64,000 nucleotides of DNA, taken from an uncultured Gemmatimonadales bacterium (lineage in GTDB: Bacteria > Gemmatimonadota > Gemmatimonadetes > Gemmatimonadales > GWC2-71-9). The stretch is taken from NCBI GenBank assembly GCA_963730185.1, contig CAVSQW010000009.1, positions 320,001-384,000 on the forward strand, written 5' to 3'. A program made the translations under genes and the position numbers. The notes below the pieces were generated by a model that worked only from the letters and a program-made list of their open reading frames with translations, searched no databases and was not told where the DNA came from. Positions 1-7,340 of the stretch are shown in pieces (positions within the stretch are counted from its first letter, which is position 1; each line of letters begins with the position of its first letter).

Positions 1-193
1 CCACTCCGACGACCCGCCCCCCGGCGGCCAACGCCGTGTCGACCGTGGTCCGGGCGGGTCCAGTGGCCTCGGCGGCCACCACCAGGGTGATCGCCCGGTC
101 GGGCAGTTGGCGCCCGACCCGCTGGGCGGCTGCTTGCTCGTCGGGGGTCGCCACCTCCGTGGCACTGGCGAAGACGGCGACGCGTCGCAGCAC
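1..193 (-). CDS. LOG/SLOG-family (Rossmann-like nucleotide-binding) protein, 5' part only; runs off the window edge
   Basis: Manual translation from GTG at 193: MLRRVAVFASATEVATPDEQAAAQRVGRQLPDRAITLVVAAEATGPARTTVDTALAAGGRVVGV. This resembles the LOG N-terminus (xxVAVF...A..VGR.L....ITLV...ALAAGGRVVGV), but the usual YGG motif is degenerate. Not in the ORF track. Confidence 0.6.
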   Translation of the reverse strand, partial: MLRRVAVFASATEVATPDEQAAAQRVGRQLPDRAITLVVAAEATGPARTTVDTALAAGGRVVGV

Positions 194-202
194 GGAGGCG
201 CG

Positions 203-358
203 CTAGTAACGAATGGCGTAGTAGATCACGTAGATCCAGGACAGGATCCCGTGGAGGATCGCCCAGAGGATCGACTTGTTGGCCGTCCACGAGATGGCGA
301 TGGCGAGCGCGCTGCCGAACGAGACGCCGGCCCGCGCGACTTCGATTCGTCTGGACAT
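203..358 (-). CDS. small (51 aa) two-helix membrane protein
   Basis: ATG at 358 preceded by AGAGGAGG Shine-Dalgarno. MSRRIEVARAGVSFGSALAIAISWTANKSILWAILHGILSWIYVIYYAIRY has two hydrophobic segments. Confidence 0.75.
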   Translation of the reverse strand: MSRRIEVARAGVSFGSALAIAISWTANKSILWAILHGILSWIYVIYYAIRY

Positions 359-369
359 GATTCCTCCTC

Positions 370-3300
370 TCAAGGGGCCGGCGGGGCGGTGACCGCCGGT
401 ACGTTCAGGCTCCGGACCAGAGCGTTCAGGTCGTCGAGCCGGGGACCCAGCAGGCCGGTGACGTCCGGTCGCATCGCCTGCCACTCGGCCTCGAGATCCC
501 GCCAGCGGTCCTCCATCCCCTGCGTGACCGGCTGGTCGGTGCCGTCGATGGCCGCCATCAACGTGAAGAGCTGGTCGTTGAGCCCGTTCTTGAAGTTGAC
601 GACGTCCTGGAACGTCTTGCTCTTGACGTCGACCATCCGTCCCAGAACCGAGTCGATCGCGGCGACCAGCGGCTTGGCCCGGGCGGCGACGGTGTCGGCC
701 TGAGGCCGGCCCTCGAGGCGATGCTGGAGCGTCCCGAGCTGATCCTCGACGCCCCGAAGCTGAATCGCGGCTCGGTGAATCTCGTTGACCCGGTCCATGA
801 TCGCCGCGAGGAGCCGCTGCTGTTCCCGAACGGTCTCGGGGCTGGGCGCGGTCCGGGGGTCGACCTCGACGGTGAGCGGACGGGTCTGGGATTCGCTTCC
901 CACAGTCAGCCGGACCTGGTACCCGCCCGGGGCGACCCGATAGCCCGCCGAGCCGCCGCCTTCGGCCGTTTGAATGCCCGGGACCTTGATTGCCGGCTCG
1001 GTCCGAAGATCCCAGACGAAGCGATTCAGGCCGGCCTTCGGGGTGAGGTGCGCGTGGGGTGGCCGCCCGGGTTTCGGGTCGGCGCTGGTGGCGGTGCGCA
1101 CCACCCGACCCTGGGCGTCGAGGAACTCGAGCGTGAGGGTCGTGCCGCTGTCCGGGGCGGCCGCCAACCGGTAGCTGATGACCGCTCCCTGCGGGGCGTT
1201 CCGCCCCGTGCCGGGGGTCGCGCTGTTCGCGCCGAGGTCGGTGCGGTACGCCGCCCGCGGGGTGAACAGAAAGGTCGCGGCCCCGGCCGAGGCCTCGGTG
1301 AGCTCTTCGACCGGGGAAAGGTCGTCCAGGATCCAGAACCCGCGCCCCTCGGTCGAGATGACCAGGTCTTTCCGTCGAACCTGCATGTCGGTGACCGGCA
1401 CGTGGGGCAGGTCGAGCTGGAGCGACTGCCAGTGGCCGCCGTCGTCGAACGAGACCCAGGCGCCGGTCTCGGTCCCGGCGTACAGCAGGCCCGGCCGATT
1501 CGGGTCTTCACGGACCACCCGCACCGGCTCGCCGGCGGGCAGCCCGGTCACGAGCGTGGTCCAGCTGGCGCCGAAGTCGGTGGTCCGGTAGATGAGCGGC
1601 GCGTTGTCGTTCCACTTCCAGCGGCTCACGGCCACGTAGGCCGTCGCGGAGTCGTGAGGTGACACCTCGATGCTGTTGATCAGCGACTCGGGGAGGCCTT
1701 TGGGGGTGACGTTGGTCCAGGTCCGGCCGCCGTCGCGGGTAAGCTGCACCAGCCCGTCGTCGGTGCCGACCCAGATGACCCCGGCCCGGTGCGGCGATTC
1801 CACCAGGTAGTAGATCGTGCCGTAGACCTCACCGCCCGCCCCTTCGTTGGTGATCGGCCCGCCGCCGGCGCCCTGGTGTCGCTTGTCGTTCCGGGTCAGG
1901 TCCGGGCTGATCGCGGTCCAGGAATGGCCTCGGTCGCTGGATCTGAAGAGCCGGTTGCCGCCGTGATAGATGACGTGCCGGTCGTGGGGCGAGGTGGCGA
2001 TCGGGGCGCTCCAGTTCCAGCGATACTTCGTCTGGTCGGACGGCTCTCCCAAGCCGTTGAACGGGTACTCCATCACGTCCCGGGCGGTTCCCAGCTCGTT
2101 GTCGTACTCGGTGATGGCGCCGTTGTAGCACCCGGCGTAGAGGTAGCGGGGGTGCTCGGGGTCGAACGCCACGTGCGCGCTCTCGCAGCCGCCGGCGTCG
2201 TGCCAGTCGCGGCTGGTGATCCCCGGGCCCACGACGGCGTTGGGAATGGCGACGCTGCTGTTGTCCTGCTGGCCGCCGTAGACCCAGTAGGGGAAGCGGT
2301 CGTCGGTGTTGACCCGGTAGAACTGGCCCGTCGGCTGGTTGTCGATCGAGGACCAGGTGGTCCCGCCGTCGAACGAGATGGCGGCCCCGCCGTCGTCGGC
2401 CTTGATCAGGTTGGCCGGGTCGTCCGGGTTGATCCAGAGGAAGTGGTTGTCGCCGTGGCGGTCAGGCAGAGGAGTGAACGACTTCCCGGCGTCGATCGAC
2501 TTGAGCACCGGAGCGTTGATGACGTAGACCACGTCGGCGTTGGCCGGGTCGGCGGTGACCCGCATGTAGTACCAGGAGCGGGCCTGCAACACCCGGTCGC
2601 CGTTGATCAGCTTCCAATGGGCCCCGGCGTCGTCGGACCGGTAGAGTCCGCCATGGTCGGCCTCGACGACGGCCCAGACCCGGCTCGGATCCGGTCGTGA
2701 CACCGCGATCCCGATCTTTCCCATCAGGGGTGGCAGGCCCTCGGTGAGCCGGGTCCAGGTGTCGCCGCCGTCGGTGGTCTTCCAGATCCCGCCGTGCGCC
2801 CCGCCGCTGCGGACGTACCAGGGCAGCCGTTGGGCATCCCACATCGCGGCGTAGAGGATCCGGGGATTGGTCGGGTCCATCGCCAGGTCGCTCGGTCCCG
2901 TGAGCGAGTCCGGGCTCACCAACACTGCCTTCCAGGTCTTCCCGCCGTCGCTGCTCCGGAACACCCCGCGCTCGGCGTTGGGCCCCCAGCGGCTGCCCTG
3001 CGCGGCGACATAGACCAGGTCGGGATCGGTGGGATGAACGATGACCTTGGAGATGGTGCGCGACTCGGTGAGTCCGGCATGGCTCCAGGTCTTCCCGGCG
3101 TCGGTCGACCGGTAGACGCCATCGCCCCAGGACGACGAGACACCTCGGACGGGCGCCTCGCCCATCCCGGCGTAGATGACGTTCGGGTCGCTCGGGGCCA
3201 CCGCCAACGAGCCGACCGAGCCCATCGCGATCTGGCCGTCGGCGATCGGCTTCCAGCTATAGCCGGCGTTCTCGGTCTTCCAGATGCCGCCGCCGGTGGC

Positions 3301-3519
3301 GCCCAGGTAGTAGAGGCGGGGCTGGCCGGGCACTCCTGCGACGGTCGTGACCCGGCCGCCGCGATAGGGGCCGATGTTCCGCCAGGTGAGGCCGTGCAGG
3401 ACCGACGCGTCGAGGCCGGGCCGGTTGGCCTGGCGGGTCTTCTGCGCCGCAGCGGTAGCCGGTATGGCCGCGCCAAGCGCGGTGAGGACGGCGACGGAGA
3501 GCCACAGTCGCTTCGTCAT
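370..3519 (-). CDS. secreted VPS10/sortilin-like (BNR/Asp-box repeat) glycoside hydrolase-like protein
   Basis: Signal peptide, WRNIGPYRGGR motif, many SxDGGxTW Asp-boxes and a C-terminal helical region; 1049 aa. Confidence 0.9.
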   Translation of the reverse strand: MTKRLWLSVAVLTALGAAIPATAAAQKTRQANRPGLDASVLHGLTWRNIGPYRGGRVTTVAGVPGQPRLYYLGATGGGIWKTENAGYSWKPIADGQIAMGSVGSLAVAPSDPNVIYAGMGEAPVRGVSSSWGDGVYRSTDAGKTWSHAGLTESRTISKVIVHPTDPDLVYVAAQGSRWGPNAERGVFRSSDGGKTWKAVLVSPDSLTGPSDLAMDPTNPRILYAAMWDAQRLPWYVRSGGAHGGIWKTTDGGDTWTRLTEGLPPLMGKIGIAVSRPDPSRVWAVVEADHGGLYRSDDAGAHWKLINGDRVLQARSWYYMRVTADPANADVVYVINAPVLKSIDAGKSFTPLPDRHGDNHFLWINPDDPANLIKADDGGAAISFDGGTTWSSIDNQPTGQFYRVNTDDRFPYWVYGGQQDNSSVAIPNAVVGPGITSRDWHDAGGCESAHVAFDPEHPRYLYAGCYNGAITEYDNELGTARDVMEYPFNGLGEPSDQTKYRWNWSAPIATSPHDRHVIYHGGNRLFRSSDRGHSWTAISPDLTRNDKRHQGAGGGPITNEGAGGEVYGTIYYLVESPHRAGVIWVGTDDGLVQLTRDGGRTWTNVTPKGLPESLINSIEVSPHDSATAYVAVSRWKWNDNAPLIYRTTDFGASWTTLVTGLPAGEPVRVVREDPNRPGLLYAGTETGAWVSFDDGGHWQSLQLDLPHVPVTDMQVRRKDLVISTEGRGFWILDDLSPVEELTEASAGAATFLFTPRAAYRTDLGANSATPGTGRNAPQGAVISYRLAAAPDSGTTLTLEFLDAQGRVVRTATSADPKPGRPPHAHLTPKAGLNRFVWDLRTEPAIKVPGIQTAEGGGSAGYRVAPGGYQVRLTVGSESQTRPLTVEVDPRTAPSPETVREQQRLLAAIMDRVNEIHRAAIQLRGVEDQLGTLQHRLEGRPQADTVAARAKPLVAAIDSVLGRMVDVKSKTFQDVVNFKNGLNDQLFTLMAAIDGTDQPVTQGMEDRWRDLEAEWQAMRPDVTGLLGPRLDDLNALVRSLNVPAVTAPPAP

Positions 3520-3680
3520 GAGATTTCCTCGAGCAGACCGGGAGAATGCCGCCCCGATTGGGCGGCTCCAAACCCTACTCAGGAAGTCGCGGCGGGGCTA
3601 GGAGCCTCCATCACGCCGAACGCCGGGGTCGAGGATACCATCCTCGACCCCGGCGGGGTGTCGTCGGACCGAACGGGTGG

Positions 3681-3742
3681 CCCAGCTGACCGGGTCGGCC
3701 CAGCTGACCGGGTCGGCTCAGCCGACTGGGTCGGCTGAGCCG
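3681..3742. repeat. 18-bp tandem repeat (2 exact copies plus 1 variant) ending in a perfect inverted repeat over the kinase stop codon
   Basis: CCCAGCTGACCGGGTCGG at 3681-3698 and 3699-3716, CTCAGCCGACTGGGTCGG at 3717-3734; hairpin CGGCTCAGCCGAC-TGG-GTCGGCTGAGCCG at 3714-3742. Confidence 0.8.
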
Positions 3743-6700
3743 GCGTGGCTCAGGGCATCGCGGACCCGCTCGAGCTCGAGCAGCAGCTGATCGAGATAGC
3801 GGCGGGCCTGTCCCACCCGGCGAAGGCGAGCGTCGGCCTCCACCAGGGCGCACAGCTTGGCCATGGCGTCGGCTCCGATCAGGCCGCACATCCCCTTGAG
3901 CGTCTGGGCGAGCCGCTGGGTCTTCTCGGCCTCCTCGGCGATCACCGCGTCCTTGAGCTCGGAGAGCCGGAGCGGCGCTTCGGTCCGGAAGGTATTGGCC
4001 AGCTGCTCGGCCAGCGCCCGCGAGCTGGGATCGCGGTCCGGTCGAAGCTGGTCGAGGAACGACGCACTCGCCGGCGGCAGCTCCGACGGGGCCGCGGCGC
4101 CCGGAGGCGCGGCCTTCTCCAGCGCCGCTCGGACCTCGAGGAAGGCGTGCTCGAGCTCACCGAGGCGACTTGCCGCGGTCTCGAGATCGCCCCGCTCGAC
4201 GTCGGCCTCGACGGTGAAGCAGTCGTCGACCAGCTGGGCGGCGCCCAAGAGCCCACCCATGGCCTTGAGGCTCTGAAGTGCCTGAGTCATCCAGCCCACG
4301 TCGCGGCGTGACGCCGCGGTCGCGAGCTCCGAGATTCGCTGGGGTGCGTCGCGGAGAAACGAGCCGACCACCTGTTGGGCGAAGATGCCGCTGCCGGAGG
4401 CCAGCTGCTCCACGATGGCCTCACCCACCACCGGCAAGCGCTCGGCCGGACGCTCGTCGAGCGTCACGACGGTGCCGCGGGCGGGCGTCCGGATCGAGGG
4501 CTCGGTCGGGTCGGTCGGGGGCAGGACGATGCTCATGGTCCCGACTTCGTAGTCCACCTCCGGCCGATCGGTCGTCTCCTCGGCGGCGAGCGCCTCCGAG
4601 CCGGCCTTGGCGACCGGCTTGCCCTCGGCGACGGGCGGCTCGGCTGCCGGCTCCGCGCTGGTCTCGGCGGCGGACGGGGTCGGCTCGGCCGGCGGCGCGA
4701 GCAACGCGACCGGCTCGGATCGCGCGAGCTCCAGGTCATCGCCCGGCTGGACGACGAGCGAGGCCGAGGTCGGGTTCGAACCGCCCGACAAACCGGACGG
4801 CGTCTGGGGGCCGATCTCGGGTGGCCGGATCAGGCCGTTGGGCGGCTCGATTTCCAAAGCTGGAGGGAGCACCGGCGTCTCGGCCACCCCGGCGTTCTCC
4901 TCCGGGGCCAGTCCGGCCCCGGGTGGGGCGACCTCCACCGAATCCAGGTCGGCGTCGTCGGCCAAATCGAGTCCCGGTCCGTTGGCGACGAAACCCTCGA
5001 TCGCCTTCAGATCCTCAGGGGTCGAGAAGTCGGCGCCTTCGAAGCCGGGCGTGGGCTCGATCTCGAGCTGGTTGGCCTCGACGGTCTCGACCCGATCCAG
5101 GCTGAGGGGCGGGTCGGAATCCTCGACTTCGGCTGGCGCGCTCGCCTCGAACCCGACGCCGGGACCGACCTCGAGGCCGAGATCCAACGGCGTCTGGTCG
5201 GCCGGTTCCACCACCGTCTCGATGCCGGCCGGCGTTGCCGTCGCGAGGTCGATGCCGAGCTCGGCGGGCTCCTCGGATTCCGACCCGGCGTCGATGGCCA
5301 GCTCCGTGGGCGCCATTGCTTCGGGCGCCTCTTCGAGTGCCCGCTCCGACGACGCCACGGTCTCGAGCTCCAGTCCGATCCTGAGCTGGGTCGGCGTCGC
5401 GGTCTCCGGGTCCTGATCGATGACCAGCTCGGCCGGGGTCAAGCTCTCCGGCACGGCGGCCTCGACTTCCAGGTCAACCGCTGCCTCGGTTTCCTCGACC
5501 GAGATGACGTCGGTGTCCAGGTCAGCCACGGCGTCGGTCTCGTCGACCAGGGCGTCGACAGCGGCACCGTGGCCGGGGGCCGCGTCGGACGCGGGCTCGA
5601 TCGCCACCGGTTCGGATTCCACCAGCAGTTGGCCGGTCGGCGTCGCGTCGCCGGTCGGGTCGTTCGTTCGCTCGGTCCACCGGCGGACGACCCGGTCCAG
5701 GTCACTCCGGCCGACCGGCGCCAGCAGCACCTCGTCGACCCCGATCGCGAGGAGCGCCGCTTTCCGCTCGGGGTCGGCCGCGAAGGCCACGATCGGACGC
5801 CGGTCGCCGGAGGCGCCGAGGCCCTGACGAAGCCGGCCGAACGTCTCGGGTTCCCATTCCGCGTCACCAGCCACGAACACGATGGCCGGGCTGCTCCGGT
5901 CGAGCCGTTCCAGGGCCGATTCCGGAGTGGCCGTCATCTCCACGGCCAGGCCGGCCAGGGCAAGCGCCTCGGTCACGTCGAGTTGCTGGGCCGGTGTGGC
6001 CCCAATCAGGAGCGCGCTGGCCGTCTCGGGGGCCGTGAGGCTGGCGAGCATCTCGTCGATGCCCTCGAAGTCGGCGGGGGCGGAGTTCCGCACCTCCGCC
6101 AGCGAGTGCCGGGTGATGAGCGACGGGCCGCGGCCGTTCTCCGAAACCTGGGCGAGGGCGTCGAGGGCGTCGTGCAGCTCGTCGGTGGGCACCGGCTTCC
6201 GGAGATAGGCCGCGAACCCGGCGTGCCAAAGGCGCTTTCCTTCGCCGGGGCTGCCCACGGCCGTGAGAATCACCAGGGCTACCGAAGCCAGCGTCTCGTT
6301 GGCCTTGATCCGCGTGGCCATCTCAGCGTGGACCGGCCGAACGGCGTAGTCGGAGAGCAAGCAGGCCGTGAACGGCGAACTGCCAGCCGCCTCCTCGAGC
6401 AGTTGGTCGTACACCACCGCGAGGTCGTCGGCGAAGGCCGCGGACCAGCCGGCCTCCGCCAGTTGGTCGGAGAGCCGGCGGCGGCTGGCGTGATCGGCCT
6501 CGACGATCAGCATCCGACCGCCTTTGGTGCCGGTGGTCGGCTCGAGCCGGCGATCCTGGGCGGCGGCCGCCACGGGCATCGGCAGCCGGAACCAGAACCG
6601 GCTGCCCTTGTCGACCTCGCTGGTGACGCCGATCTCGCCGTTCATCGAGCAGACCAACTCGGCGCTGATCCGGAGGCCGAGGCCGGTGATCCCGAAGGAC

Positions 6701-7320
6701 CGGTAGGGCGAGGCGTCGACCGGCACGTACTGGTCGAAGACCCGGTCCACCCGGTCGGCCGGGATGCCGATGCCGGTGTCTTCCACTGAGAACCGGACGA
6801 CCGGCACGCCGTCGATCTCACCGTCGGGGCTGACCCGGACCACCACTTCGCCCTGGCTCGTGGTGTTGAGCGCGTGCCCGACCAGGTTGGCCAGGACCTG
6901 CCGGGTCCGGCCGGGATCGCCCACCACATGACGGCCGATCTCGGGACGCCAGTCCACTCGCAGGGCGAGATTCCGCTCCTCGGCACGGGGACTCAGCACC
7001 TTGGCGGTCTCCTCCACCATCGACCGGAGGTCGAACGCTATCGGCTCGATCGGGAGCCCTCCGGCCAGGAGGCGCGACAGGTCGAGCAGGTCGGCCAGGA
7101 TGGTCGAGAGGCTCTCGCCGGCCGAGTGGATACTCCGGACGTATTGGCGCTGGCGGCTGGAGAGCTCGCCGTCGAGCAGGAGGCCGGACATGCCGATGAC
7201 CGCGTTGAGCGGTGCCCGGAGCTCGTGGCCCATCGCCAGCACGTAGTCGCTGATGCCGGGGCGTTCGTCGGTCGGCGTCGCCGGGACGAAATCGGTGGTC
7301 GGTCGAGGTGCGTCGGTCAT
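3718..7320 (-). CDS. cytoplasmic hybrid histidine kinase: HisKA-HATPase, two receiver(-like) domains, long acidic linker, two Hpt-like domains
   Basis: H-box MGHELRAPLNAVIG; GDPGRTRQVLANLVGH; VEDTGIGI; GITGLGLRI; GSRFWF; receiver-like AAYLRKPV; two C-terminal Hpt-like xLK(A/G)MxxLxGA motifs. Start taken at ATG 7320 (MTDAPRP). Confidence 0.88.
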   Translation of the reverse strand: MTDAPRPTTDFVPATPTDERPGISDYVLAMGHELRAPLNAVIGMSGLLLDGELSSRQRQYVRSIHSAGESLSTILADLLDLSRLLAGGLPIEPIAFDLRSMVEETAKVLSPRAEERNLALRVDWRPEIGRHVVGDPGRTRQVLANLVGHALNTTSQGEVVVRVSPDGEIDGVPVVRFSVEDTGIGIPADRVDRVFDQYVPVDASPYRSFGITGLGLRISAELVCSMNGEIGVTSEVDKGSRFWFRLPMPVAAAAQDRRLEPTTGTKGGRMLIVEADHASRRRLSDQLAEAGWSAAFADDLAVVYDQLLEEAAGSSPFTACLLSDYAVRPVHAEMATRIKANETLASVALVILTAVGSPGEGKRLWHAGFAAYLRKPVPTDELHDALDALAQVSENGRGPSLITRHSLAEVRNSAPADFEGIDEMLASLTAPETASALLIGATPAQQLDVTEALALAGLAVEMTATPESALERLDRSSPAIVFVAGDAEWEPETFGRLRQGLGASGDRRPIVAFAADPERKAALLAIGVDEVLLAPVGRSDLDRVVRRWTERTNDPTGDATPTGQLLVESEPVAIEPASDAAPGHGAAVDALVDETDAVADLDTDVISVEETEAAVDLEVEAAVPESLTPAELVIDQDPETATPTQLRIGLELETVASSERALEEAPEAMAPTELAIDAGSESEEPAELGIDLATATPAGIETVVEPADQTPLDLGLEVGPGVGFEASAPAEVEDSDPPLSLDRVETVEANQLEIEPTPGFEGADFSTPEDLKAIEGFVANGPGLDLADDADLDSVEVAPPGAGLAPEENAGVAETPVLPPALEIEPPNGLIRPPEIGPQTPSGLSGGSNPTSASLVVQPGDDLELARSEPVALLAPPAEPTPSAAETSAEPAAEPPVAEGKPVAKAGSEALAAEETTDRPEVDYEVGTMSIVLPPTDPTEPSIRTPARGTVVTLDERPAERLPVVGEAIVEQLASGSGIFAQQVVGSFLRDAPQRISELATAASRRDVGWMTQALQSLKAMGGLLGAAQLVDDCFTVEADVERGDLETAASRLGELEHAFLEVRAALEKAAPPGAAAPSELPPASASFLDQLRPDRDPSSRALAEQLANTFRTEAPLRLSELKDAVIAEEAEKTQRLAQTLKGMCGLIGADAMAKLCALVEADARLRRVGQARRYLDQLLLELERVRDALSHAGSADPVG

Positions 7321-7340
7321 CGGAGATTCCCTCGAGGGCG

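Noticed and set aside
3681..3742. Mini CRISPR array
   Set aside because: The units are 18 bp, directly adjacent with no spacers, and there are no cas genes.
4375..6789. Long antisense and alternative-frame ORFs (e.g. 4375-6789 +, 13623-15341 +, 21956-23929 +, 35289-37082 -, 43628-45541 +)
   Set aside because: Shadow ORFs expected at very high GC; they overlap well-supported genes and show no family motifs.
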